Shown here: positions 48,341-60,067 of the stretch, piece by piece
Position numbering within the stretch: the stretch's first letter is position 1
How the letters are laid out: the number at the start of each line of letters is the position of its first letter
Assembly (NCBI GenBank): GCA_035221665.1
Contig: CM069145.1
Span: 8,680,001-8,744,000, forward strand
Source: Okamejei kenojei
Lineage: Eukaryota
Direction of reading: 5' to 3'
Length of the DNA: 64,000 nucleotides
Made by a program: the position numbers and the translations under genes
Notes under the pieces: generated by a model
Told to the model about the DNA's origin: nothing
The model's input: only the letters and a program-made list of their open reading frames with translations
The model's database searches: none

Positions 48341-49077
48341 CTTGTGTAGGAGAGAACTGCAGATGTTGGTTTAAATCGAAGGTAGACACAAAATGCTGGA
48401 GTAACTCAGCGGGACAGGCAACATCTCTGGAGAGAAGGAATGGGTGACGTCTCGACCCGATACCTCACCCATTCCTTCTCTCCAGAGATGTTGCCAGTCC
48501 CACTGAGTTACTCCAGCATTTTGTGTTTACATGCCATATACCTTCTTCACCACTCTATCTACTTGCGTTGCCAGTCTGGAAGTGGAACAAATGAAGGTGG
48601 CTGCCCATTCTACGGAAACATTTTACCTTCTGTGGAGAAATCACCTACAATATTTTCTTATATTTTCAAGGAAGACATTTGAACTTTGACTGTGTAGAAA
48701 ATCTTGATGCCTCTGCTCAGAATACTGGCAGCGTGTACACTGTCTTACACATCCAGTTGGCGTGACTCTGTGGTGATTAACTTACTTAGCTTCAAGCCTA
48801 GATCTGCGTGCCATTATTGTCCAATCTGGCTTTCCAAAAATGACTGACTGAATGTCAGGTCCAGGGGAAGACTCTGCTTCCCCCTGGTGGTGTGGAGAAT
48901 TCCACATCTGAAAGAATAAAAGGCACCGACTCATAAAAGCTGATGGAAGAGATCACCCTTTCAGCTGGACCAGAGGAGGTCCAGGGAGGGCCTGGATGGG
49001 CTCGGTGGCTGGATGAAGGGCAGAGTGTGGGGTACTTGGGCTGTAGAATGCTTGTGAGCACTTCCACCAAGAGGAGA

Positions 49078-49895
49078 GATGCACAGCACCTCATATTTCA
49101 CTTGGGCAGCTTACACCCCAGCGGTATGAATATTGACTTCTCTAACTTCAAGTAACCCTTGCTTTCCCTCTCTCTCTAGCCCTCCCCCATCCTAGCTCTG
49201 CAACCAGTCTGGCTGTCCCCCAGACCAATGTTAGCTCTGTATGCTTTGTTGTCACCTTCTCCGAGCTAACAATAATTGATTTTACATTTTCCTTGACCGT
49301 CATCTCCTTTGATGTTTCGTTTTCACACCTCAAGGGCCTGTCCCACTTAGGTAATTGTTTAGGTTAGGCCAGCGACTAGGCTGTTGCCATATGGTCACCG
49401 GGGTGTTGCCTGTATGGTCGTGAGCAGTCTCCTCAATCGCCCAAAGAGTCGTAGCGTCTTTCTGGTCGTCGCTGGATTTTGAAATGTTCAAACCTTTTCG
49501 GCGACAGTCGGCGACCGTGGTCTTGTCATAGCTTGTCTTCTCCTGATAGAGGTGCTGTCGTAGGTTGTCGCCAGGATGACGTAGGTGTTGCCGGTGCTGA
49601 CTTCTGCGAATTCCATAGTCGTAGTCGCCAGCAGTCGTCTACAAAATCGCCTGAGTGGGACAGGCCCAGTAGTCCAGTCGCCGGTTTTTCAGCAACCTGC
49701 TACGACTATGACAGTCGCTGGCAATCGCCTCAAAAATTGCCTAATGGGACAGGCTCTTTACTCTCCCTTATCTCGGTGTTGCTCTCTCCCCTAACTTTTA
49801 GTCTGAAGAAGGGTCTTGACCCGAAACGCTACCCATTCCTTCTATCCAGAGATGCTGCCTGTCCCGCTGAGTTACTCCAGCATTTTGTTTCCATC
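49078..49895 (+). mobile_element. Penelope-like 3' end (GIY-YIG tail plus hammerhead) interrupted by a Harbinger MITE at 49333-49757
   Basis: QHLIFHLGSLHPSGMNIDFSNFK*; MITE with AGGGCCTGTCCCACT TIR; PLE resumes and reaches CTGAAGAAGGGTCTTGACCCGAAAC at 49803. Confidence 0.82.
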
Positions 49896-51532
49896 TGCTG
49901 ATGTTCTGAGATTGGAGTGCCCTTATGAGCTCTGTAATGCAAGTGGAACTCTATTAGGGTCCAGACATATTACAGGTTGTGTCCCCACTGTGAGCCAGAT
50001 TGTTCACCTGCCATTATAGCTTCTGTACTAACAAGATGGTCTCCTCCAACATCTTTGCGGCCTTCTCCCTGATGCATGTGGTGTGATCCTAGGTGTCAGC
50101 TGGCAGAACAGGAATAGGTTCCCAAAGAACAAGCTAACAGAGTACTGACTGAAGCAGCCACTGAGGCATGAAGAATTCGGATGGCCTATGCCCTTGCCTC
50201 GAAAGAAGCTGAACCCTGCTCCATCACCTACAGTCTTGGGGGATGTCAACACCCCTGGCTTCAAGATTATTGTACTCCAAGTGCTGCATGAAATTAGAGT
50301 CATGTAGTCAGAGGGCTTCAGATGAACTCATCCATGCCGACCAAGTTCTGAACAAGGTAGACAAAAATGCTGGAGAAACTGAGCGGGTGAGGCAGCTTAT
50401 ATGGAGCGAAGGAAATAGGCACCGTTTTTTCTTCAGGGTTTTGGCCCGAAACATTGCCTATTTCCTTTGCTCCAAAAATGCTGCCTCACCCGCTGAGTTT
50501 CTCCAGCATTTTTGTCTACCTTCGATTGTCCAGAATCTGCAGTTCCTTTTTAAATAAAAAAGTTCTGAATAAGTCCCATTTGCCTATATTTGGTGCATAT
50601 TGGAGTGAGACCAGGCTGGTTGAGCGAAATGGTTTTTGTTAACAAAACACAAACAAATGCTTGAAAAAACGCATACTTAGTCTAGCTAACGGATACAGCT
50701 CCTGTCGACGCGAGGAGCGCTAATTACTAACTAAAAGCCCACGAACGAACACCCGCCCCATGAGCCTAGGGGCCCCATGCTAATCTATGTATTGTAGAAC
50801 ATGAAAACGGAGAAGAACATCGCAAGTGCATGACGGCATATTTGATTCGGCATAAAGAAACTGGATGTGTAGGGGTCCCAGTGCACTGCTTTGCCCGGGG
50901 GCCTCTAATGCTGTTAATACGGCCCTGATCTGCAGTTCTTTCCTACACAATAGTTCAAGCATATACATTTTACACCCCTCACACCTTTCGCTTCTAAGAC
51001 CAAACCCTTGTGTATCTCTTCTTCCAGAGAGCTGGGACTTTGCCAGGAGTGATGGCTGCACTGGAGCATGTGCTGGTAATGATGCTCTGACTGATGCAGT
51101 GAGCAAAAGCTCATTCTTTCTCTAAGTGGCAACTACAGTTTGGGCAACAGAGTCGGACATTTGGTAACGTTTGGGGATGAATTTTCAAGTAACTCTGTCA
51201 GTGGAAAGTGCTGACTTTAAGTGGCTGAAGAGATATCCTGCTGCTTACTCTGCTCAATTTGGATCATGTCATCACTGGAATTCAGTTCCGTTTAAGTTAA
51301 CGTAAGTAAAGCATCATATAGGCTCCTATCTGCAAGGATATCTCTTCACTTTACTGGGACAGGTGTTGTAATTTTGTCCTGTTTTTTCCCTGTTTTTTCC
51401 CCTACTGTCCCTACTACAATCAGTCTGAAGAAGGGTCTTGACCCCAAATGTCACCTATCCATTTTCTCCAGAGATGCGATCTGACCAGCTGAGTTACTCC
51501 AGCATATCGCACCTATTTTTGCTGTACTTACA

Positions 51533-51882
51533 CATAGAAATATAGAAACTAGGTGCAGGAGTAGGCCATTCGGCCCTTTGAGCCAGCACCGCCATTCAAT
51601 ATGATCATGGCTGATCATCCAAAATCAGTACCCTGTTCCTGCTTTTTACCCAAATCCCTTGATTCCTTTAGCCCTAAGAGCTAAATCCAACTCTCTCGAA
51701 AACATCCAGTGAATTGGCCTCCACTGCCTTCTGTGGCCGAGAATTCCACAGATTCACAACTCACTGGGTGAAAAAATCTTTCCTCATTCTAGTCCTAAAT
51801 GGCCGACCTCTTATTCTTACACTGTGACCCCTGGTTCTGGACTCCCCCAACATCGGGAACATTTTTCCTGTATCTAGCATCC
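51533..51882 (-). mobile_element. CR1 LINE 3' fragment
   Basis: Near-identical to 22618-22975, with the (catagaaa)n tail. Confidence 0.88.
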
Positions 51883-52234
51883 AACACAACTGCCAATATC
51901 GAATAGTTACAATCTGTCTGGTTGGCTTTGAGTTGTATGGGTGGATGTGCCGACTTGTATGGTGTGTGCAAGAGGAGGAGCGTCTGTGGGTTTTTTAGCG
52001 TTGCTGCTTGCATTAGCAAATAAACAGAGATGGTGCTGTGAACAGATCGTAGTTTATTGACGGCAATAACACTCAGCTAAACAACAGTGTCTGGTACAAC
52101 GAGAAATCAAAGACATACCATATGGCATGTTCAATTCTTAAAGAGGCATTCAGAATTACAGTATATATGTTGCACTGTAAAATTGAATAAATCCCTGGGA
52201 ACCCAAGAATTTACATACATAAAATTATATTATC

Positions 52235-53525
52235 AGCTATCTGACATTGGTTGTAGAGCAGTGAGATGTCTAAGGGCAGTAGCTCAGGTTAAGCAGGGAC
52301 AGCGGATGAATTGGGAAGGTGCAGAAAAGAGGTATAGCTGGAGGGACCTGTGGTGTATGGAGGCGGGTCATGTAAGTTTCCTTATAAGGGCTATTCATGA
52401 TGTGTTGCCATCACCGCAGAACCTCAAATAGTGGGTAGGAGTCCCTTGTGTTCAGGGGTGGCAACGTTGAGGCATATTTTGTGAGGATGTAGGACTAGTC
52501 TTTCTCAGGGTCAGTATACCTGGTGGCTAACCAGGTATTGAAGTGCATAGCTGCAGCAATTGAGAGGAGGAGAGTACAGATGGATTCAGTAGCATCAGGA
52601 CTGGGAGTGTAGCAATTTATTTTGTCCGTGAGTGGGAGAAAGGTAGAGGAGGGAAGTTTTCAGACAGGTATGAGTCAGGCCAGTTACGGGGAACCTGTGA
52701 TTGGGAGATGCGGGTAGATTTAGGAGGAAAGCTTGCTGTTCTGCAGGGAATAATTAGTACTAGTTTGAGGCCTGATATAGTGTTATGGTCAGTTAGTCAG
52801 CAGATAGTGTATTTTATAGAACTGACGGTGCCTTGGGAGAACTTAGTGGCTAAAGCTTATGAAAGGAAAAGGCTTAGATATGTAGAGTTTGCAGCAGAAG
52901 TTGAGCAGCGAGGATGGGGAGCATGAAAAGTGCGGTAGAGGTGGGTTGTAGACGTTTCATAGCGAGATCGACCATGTCGCTATTTGGAAAGCTAGGAACC
53001 CGCGGACAGAGCTTGCGTCAGGCTGTAAAGCAAATGAGGCAACAGAGCAAGGCAGTAGGTGGATCTGGTGCAGAAGAAATAGTGTCTGTTCGGGGCAGAA
53101 AGGAAATGTATGATATGCAGTTTGTGTATTTCTTTGTAATTGTAGTCTGTGTAAGTGTATCCTGGTCTTATGCAAGGATGATATTTGTGGTGTTACAAGT
53201 TTAATGATGGGCTTGGATTGGTGGAAGATAAGATGCAGGTATTTAGCATTTGTTAGAGTGAGGTAATTGGCTGCAGCTTCCTTTATTTAATAGATACCGN
53301 NNNNNNNNNNNNNNNNNNNNNNNNNNNNNNNNNNNNNNNNNNNNNNNNNNNNNNNNNNNNNNNNNNNNNNNNNNNNNNNNNNNNNNNNNNNNNNNNNNNN
53401 NNNNNNNNNNNNNNNNNNNNNNNNNNNNNNNNNACAACCAACTGTTGAGCCTTCCTGAGGTGTTGTAGGCCTAACTCAATTAAACACCAATGAAGGGAGG
53501 TGCCCACTTGATAACCCCAATGATA
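52235..53525 (+). mobile_element. HERO/NeSL-type non-LTR retrotransposon 3' fragment with restriction-like endonuclease
   Basis: FLIRAIHDVLPSPQNL, decayed CCHC knuckle and QG.YTW..NQVL, LRPDIVLWS..IELTVPWE..AYERKRLRY..GW..VEVGCR.F; the probable 3'UTR lies beyond the gap. Confidence 0.8.
53300..53433. other. Assembly gap (134 N)
   Basis: Run of N. Confidence 1.
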
Positions 53526-53998
53526 TACTTGCATCCATAGGATTAATATTTTTTAAAAGAGAGTTAATATGCAGGTAGCTGGGTTTTTTTTTGCATATGG
53601 AGTAATTTATTGTAAATTGGTGTATTTAGTTAGATAATACTTTGGCTTTGGGCTTGGTTTTCTTAGTAGAGCGCTTATCCTGGAGCTATAGCACGTACTT
53701 TGTGTTTTATTTGTAATTAGCCTGCTCATGCATTTCTTCTGAACCTTATTTTCACACTCCAAATTTGAGACACTCGTAAATCTCTGACAGTGCTGGACCA
53801 GAATATTCCTTCAAAGTTTATGCTATGTCCTCATGTGAAACGTGGACTGCCTCTTCTGTTTCCAGCCGACTACCAGCAACAGTATCATCTCTTTCTTCTT
53901 GTATATGACTGCATTTCTCTGTTCTACAATCTACACGCAGAGCCTGACAATATAATTTGACTTGTGTATCATGTGTAAGCAGGATGGATGAATCTGCT

Positions 53999-54250
53999 GC
54001 GTAGGAAGGAACTGCAGATGCTGGTTTGCGCCAGTAAGCTCCAAAGGTATGAGCAGATTCATCCAAAGATAGACACAAAATGCTGGAGTACTTCAGTGGG
54101 GCAGTCAGCATCTCTGGAGAGAAGGAATAGGTGATGTTTCAGGTCAAAACCAGGGTCTGAAGAAGAGTCTCGACCAGAAACGTCACCCATTTCTTCTCTC
54201 CAGAGATGCTGCCTGACCCGCTGAGGTGCTCCAGCATTTTGTGTCCATCT
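53999..54250. mobile_element. Inverted Penelope-like repeat pair with 14-bp TSD
   Basis: TGGATGAATCTGCT at 53985-53998 and 54251-54264. Confidence 0.82.
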
Positions 54251-54829
54251 TGGATGAATCTGCTCATACCTTTGGAGCTTACTGACGTAACCAACGATTC
54301 TACTGCTGGCCAATGTTGCTGCTTTATGTGAAGAACCTTGTTCTCTATTTTCTTCATGCTATAACATTGCTTTGCTACTCTTGAGGCATCAAATCCCAAT
54401 CTTGATAAGAATGTATTATCAATAGATTCCTTTGTGATATAGTTGCATAAGCAAACCAAGTGAAGTAGCTATAAAACATATGCCTTTAACTGAAGGCAAT
54501 AACTCACAACTAGACTGCAATGTCTGGTGCAGTGATGCATCAAAGTCTTATCACACAACACACTCATTCCTTAAAGGTAGACTGGAGGGAATACGAGGAG
54601 GTGCCGGCCAGGAAGCGTCATGGCTCTTTGTCTGCATGTCCTTTGTTCAATGTGTGTGAGTGTATGATATGTGAGTTAATGAGAAGGTTGAAAGTTGTGA
54701 GGAGTATAGGAGAGTTGAGGAGATAGCTGCAGAGGTGGGGTATGTGTCAGTGTGTGAGGTGGCGTCTCAGAGATATGATCAATGTGACTGCCTGTGCTTC
54801 AAGGCAATAAAGGTGAGATACACTTCTAA

Positions 54830-55170
54830 TGGGCCTGTCCCACCTACACAACATTTTCGGCGACTTCCAGCACCCGTCATAGGTCGTTGCACGTCGGCGA
54901 AAATTTTCAACATGTTAAATATTCAGCGGCGACCAGAAAGACGCTACGACTCTTTCGGCAACTGAGGAGACTACTCACGACCATACAGGCGACACCCTGG
55001 TGACATGTCGCGGGGTGAAGCCTGTATGGTCGTGAGTAGTTGCCCAAAGAGGTGTACCTTGTTCTGGTCGCCGCTGGAATTTCAACATGTTGAACATTTT
55101 CGGCGACCTGTAACGACCTATGACAGGTGCCGGCTGTCGCCGAAAAAGTTTCATAAATGGGACAGGTCCA
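54830..55170. mobile_element. PIF/Harbinger-type MITE
   Basis: TGGGCCTGTCCCA / TGGGACAGGTCCA TIRs; TSD TAA on both sides. Confidence 0.87.
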
Positions 55171-55262
55171 TAACTGACAAAAGCACTAACTTTGACTTAG
55201 ATTGTAAAATGGAGGAAATTCTTCCTGCACTATTGTCTTGGACAGTGAACTGAAGTACGTAA

Positions 55263-55819
55263 AGGCCCTGTCCCACTTACGAGTAATTTGGCATGCAAAT
55301 TACGCGACCTCGTCATCGCGTTGAGGCACACGGGCATAGTGTGGCCGCGCTGGGCCGATCCCACTGAGAAGCGTGGAGGGGTATGGAGTTGCGCGTGGTA
55401 TCGCGCGGCGCTCTAAAATGTTGCTGCGAATTAAATCTTTGCGCGCCACCGGCCTGTCGCATAACTGACGGCCAAAGTGGGACAGGCCCAAGACCCTGAT
55501 ACAATGAAATGTCTCACCTCCAACAGCAGCAGAAGCAGGCAAACGATCGCGAATGGAAGATGTTTCGGGTCAAGACCCTTCTTTCAGATTGAAGAAGGGT
55601 CTCGACCCGAAACATCACCCATTCCTTCTCTCCAGAGATGCTGCCGGTCCCTCTGAGTTACTCCGGCATTTTGTGTCCATTTTCAAATGACGTCACGCGC
55701 TCCAAACGGCTGTGCAGACGCATGAAGTCACGCGTGACCTTCGCGGGACTGTCGTGCCTCAACGTGACCACGAGGTCACGTAATTAGCGTGCCAAGGACA
55801 CGTAAGTGTGTCAGGGGCT
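55263..55819. mobile_element. PIF/Harbinger-type MITE with internal TIR copy and nested PLE repeat (~55553-55685)
   Basis: AGGCCCTGTCCCACTTACG / CGTAAGTGTGTCAGGGGCT with ~65-bp inverted arms; internal AGTGGGACAGGCCC near 55476. Confidence 0.8.
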
Positions 55820-56147
55820 TTACACCTCGGCCACTTCCTCCTAGTCCAGCAAAAAGTCTTGCATGCTGGAGTGATCTGTTTTAGTGATCTTGATTGGAAC
55901 CTAAATATTGGTCATGGCATGAGGTAACTCCCCTGTCCTCTCTCACATCTCGTGTGAAAATGTCTGGGCATGCTTTGAATCTTGAAGGGTGATGATCATT
56001 AGCTCGCCATACCAAATAGCTGACAACTGTTTCTGCATTAAATGCCCTGCTTATTATGACACAAGGGTAGGTGGTTCAACCTATCCAGTTGATGTCAGCT
56101 ACAAGCAGAGTTCCCATCAGTCCATTTTATTTTTAGTCCAACACCTT

Positions 56148-56460
56148 GGGCGGCCTTGGTGGGGTAACGGTAGAGTTGCTGCCTTGCAGTGCTAGAGACC
56201 CGGGTTCGATCCTGACAACGGGGGTTGTCTGTACGGAGTTTGTACGTTCTCCCAGTGATCTGCGTGGGTTTTTTCCGAGATCTTCAATTTTCTCCCACAC
56301 TCCAATGACGTGCAGGTTTGTACGTTAATTGGCTTGCTATAAATGTAAACTGTCCCTAATACGTGTAGGATTGTGTTTATGTGTGAGGATCGCTGGTCCG
56401 TGTGGACTTGGTGGGCCGAAGGGCCTACTTCCGCGCTGTATCTCTAAACTAAACAAAATT
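56148..56460 (+). mobile_element. tRNA-derived V-SINE (HE1-like), full length
   Basis: B box GGGTTCGATCC, V-domain, and 3' tail GGGCCGAAGGGCCT..CTGTATCTCTAAACTAAA. Confidence 0.85.
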
Positions 56461-57760
56461 AAACATATTCCTTCTCAGGTGCTTTTTGATCATTTTATCA
56501 CTTATCTTCATTAAGGGGTAATTTACAATAGCAAATGAACATCCCAGCCTGTTTTTTCACTGTGGGTGGCATTCGAGAAACCAGAATACAGTAAAGGTTG
56601 TCACAGAAAGAGTTGTGGCAAGGACCAGGATATCAGTTTGCAAGTGCTCGGTGCTCAGCCCATGGTTACAGATCAGTTGCAGAGGGAGGAAGCGTTTGTC
56701 AATGATAAATTATGTGGAGCACGCAGATAATGAGCCAGTAGCCAATGAGCAGAAACAAGTGGTGATGGGGAGAAAGGACAAGCTTCACTCAGACAGCGGC
56801 AGAGGTAAGTATTGAACCTGTGACTCTGGTCAGACTACTGGGCCAGCCAGCTGCTTTGTGAAATAGTGCAATGTCATCACATGTGACAGCAAACCATCCT
56901 TGCAATATCAGTTGAAACATTCTGGAACAACCACTGCTCGATTTCCCAAGAGTCAGTTTCTTTCTGCTGGTTGGCCCTGAGTTTGTAGTCTTTATTTTCG
57001 TTCTCTTCTTTGTGTTCTGTGCCTGCCTTGCGCTCTCTCCCACTCCACGAGCCTCACCTCAATTTAAAATTTAGACTTCCTTCTGGCATTGTTTTAACAA
57101 ATCATGAATTTTAAACGAGTGCGAGCCGTTTCTCTGCTACATGTCTCCTGGGAGAGTGGGCATTGCTCGGATTTTCTGGAGCCTTGATTTCAACTTAATT
57201 ATTTTTGAGTAGTTTTGTTAGGGCACTTATTTCTCGTGTCATTGGCAGTAACTAATGCCCTTGGGATTCAAACCATCGATCTGTTCTTAGATATTGCACA
57301 AACAGAACACAGGGCTGCCTGCTTGGTGACAGGCACTTCTAGTGAGTCACTGAAAATAATTCTTCAACGCAGGATGCTTTGAATAGGAAGTGGAGACGTG
57401 ATTAATTGGAGCAAAACAGTGTGTCGCCGGTGGGTTTTGTTATACACTGGCCCAGCATGAATACATGGTGAAAATGGAATGGGTTGGATGCTTACTGACA
57501 CACATAGTTGAAGTGATCCATTTCCACCAACTTGCTACAAGGTGGATAAGGGAGGAGGGTCCTGAGGAAAATACCATGGTTGAATCAAAAATCAAACTTT
57601 TTGTGGGTCAGACAGTCGCTGTGGTAGCAAAGAGATGGATGTTCGGGTCAACACCCTGCATCTACAGCATCTTGTTTCTCCCAAGTTAAATAAAAGAAGG
57701 AAGACCAAAAATGCTGGAGAAACTCAACGGGTGAGGCAGCATCTATGGAGTGAAGGAATG

Positions 57761-57794
57761 GGTGACGTTTCGGGTCGAGACCCTTCTTCAGACC
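57761..57794 (-). ncRNA. Minimal hammerhead ribozyme motif, intact core, within PLE repeat 57697-57794
   Basis: Minus strand GGT-CTGAAGA-A-GGGTC-TC-GACCC-GAAA-CG-TC-ACC. Confidence 0.75.
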
Positions 57795-57825
57795 TCCCAA
57801 ATTAAATAGCTGGGTGTCGCGTGGA

Positions 57826-58108
57826 ACGTGGAAACAGGCCCTTCGGCCCACTGAGTCCGACCAGAGATCCCCACACACTGACAACTACCATACGCTAGGG
57901 ACAATTTACATTTATACCAAGCCAATTAGCCTACAAACCTGTACGTCTTTGGTGTGTGGGAGGAAACCGAAGATCTCGAAGGAAACCCATGCGGTCATGG
58001 GGAGAACGTCCAAACTCCGTACAGACAGCACCCGCAGTCGGGATTGAACCCGGGTCTCTGGTGCTGTAAGCACTGTAAGGCCGCAAGTCTACCGCTGCGC
58101 TGCCATGC
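57826..58108 (-). mobile_element. tRNA-derived V-SINE (HE1-like)
   Basis: Reverse complement of the 56148 type. Confidence 0.82.
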
Positions 58109-58311
58109 CACTCCTTGTTATGGTTCAATAGGAAGTGTTTGAGAGTTTAATAGTGCTGGTGAATGGTTGAGGGTAATCAAGGTCCTCTAATTTAATTCAG
58201 GTGACTAAAGCCTTGTTTGTTTAATGATGTTCTTCGTGGCAGTCTGCGGATTCCTGTGGTGCTGTGCGCAGATTCTTTATTGGTTTCATGAGCAATGCCA
58301 GTTGGACAATA

Positions 58312-60065
58312 TGTATATTACTAAAAGTAAGACCTTGACCACTTCCTGTTTTCCTGTTTCATGATTTTTGAAAAAACGGCTATGATTGTTGGCCATCTTA
58401 CTCAGTCCCCATCCGCTGCGCAGGACAATAAGAATGTTCCTATCGATGAAAAATAAAAGAGTTATTAATGTTTAAAAAATGTTGACATTCTCGCTGTTGC
58501 CCCTGCTGGTGGGAGGGGAAAGGAACTATAAAACCCGGAAGTGTTGTGCCGCACTCAGTCTGTGCAAGATGGAGGAAGCGAGAGTCTTGATGGAGGAAGC
58601 GAGAGTCAAGATGGAGGAAGCGAGACCCTTGCTCACGTCTCTCGGAGCATAACACTGAATACATGTCTACTCAACTGTGAGTGCCCTTAATGTGGTTTGA
58701 AAATGAAAATGTGGTTGCATTGAAAATGGTTGTTGGTGGTAGTAACTACTTTGAAATGCTGCACTGCAAACGGTTGTTGGTGGTGGCAACGGCTTTGAAA
58801 TGCTGCACTGCAAACGGTTGTTGGTGGTGGTAACTTGACAACATCCTGTTTGCACTGTATATTGATTTTAGATAAAACGCTACCACTTACGGCTGTGATT
58901 TTTGGCCATCTTACTCAGCCCCCCTCCGCTCATCAGGTGCAGAGGATTCTTCCCATCAATGAAAAATAAAAGTGTTATTAGTGTTAAATGTTGAGAATCT
59001 CTCTCCTGTCAATCACGCCATGAAAGCTACGCCCCTTCCGGTGGGAGGGGGTAGTGATTATAAAACCCAGAAGTGTGGGTGTGGCTCAGTCTCTGCAAGA
59101 TGGGGGAGGGAGAGGTCACGACTCTGTCTGAGCTGTGAATCAACTGAAATCACTGAATGTCTACTGAACTGTGAGTGTGGTGTTTATGCGTGTTTTGTGT
59201 GGTTTTATGGTGGTTTATGGTAGTTTCACCCTGCTTGAAATGGTATGAAACTGCATTTGAATTTGGTGATCTTGCACCCTACATGAAATGGTATGAAACT
59301 GCACTTGAATTTGGTGGTCTTGCACCCTGCTTGAAGTGGTCGGAAAATACACTTGGATTTGGTGGCCTTGCACCCTGCTTGAAGTGGCATGAAACTGCAC
59401 TTGAGTGGTGGCCCTGCACCCTGCTTGAAGTGGTAGGAAAGTGCACTTGAGTTCGCTCGCCCTGCACCCTGCTTGAAGTGGTAGGAAACTGCACATGAAT
59501 TTGGTGGCCTTGCACCCTGCTTGAAGTGGTATGAAACTGCACTTGAATTCGGTGACCTTGCACCCTGCTTGATGTGGTAGGAAACTGCAACTGAATTTGG
59601 TGGCCTTGCATTCTGCTTGAAGTGGTATGAAACTGCAATTTAATTTGGTGGCCTTGCACCCTGCTTGAAGTGGTAAGAAACTGCACTTGAATTTGGTGGC
59701 CTTGCACCCTGCTTGAAATGGTAGGAAACTGCATTTGAATTTGGTGGCCTTGCACCCTGCTTGAAATGGAATTTCAAGGAATAGCCGTGAGTCAACTGCT
59801 CGCCCACCAGCCGTGAGTGAGCTGCCAGCACATCAGGCTTGAGTGACTGAGCTGTCACCCAAAGAATCCATTTGGCCCACAATGTCCATACTAGCTCTCT
59901 GGAAACCAGTCCCTTCAGCCCTCAATACCCATACTAGCGCTCCAGAAAGCCCCCCCCCCCCCCAACTGGCCATCAATATTAGAATTGGTAGAGAGGTGGA
60001 ATATTGCGTTGGGGGACCAGCCCTCCGATGTTAACATGGGACCCAACGGGTCCCACTTAGTCTAG
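58312..60065 (+). mobile_element. Non-autonomous Helitron 1
   Basis: 5' A|TGTATATTACTAAAAG (TC mutated to TG); 3' hairpin TGGGACCC-AAC-GGGTCCCA then CTTAGTCTAG|T; no TSD. Confidence 0.82.
59227..59769. repeat. 48-bp minisatellite, about 11 copies, inside Helitron 1
   Basis: CACCCTGCTTGAAGTGGTA(G/T)GAAACTGCACTTGAATTTGGTGGCCTTG units; 16-aa periodicity in the ORF track. Confidence 0.95.
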
Positions 60066-60067
60066 TA

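Noticed and set aside
51011-51125. Good acceptor (tctcttcttccag) as a possible next DNTT exon
   Set aside because: In the phase required after 11213 it reads ELGLCQE then stop, with no GHDVD motif; the other frames resemble nothing I recognise.
56900-57450. Repeat-free stretch with AP-1 (TGAGTCA) and ETS (AGGAAGTG) motifs as a possible enhancer
   Set aside because: Short motifs are expected by chance; it needs cross-species conservation data.
59227-59769. Regular repeats resembling a CRISPR array, and 16-aa repeat ORFs
   Set aside because: Units are contiguous with no unique spacers, there are no cas genes and the context is eukaryotic; the ORFs arise from a 48-bp stop-poor unit.
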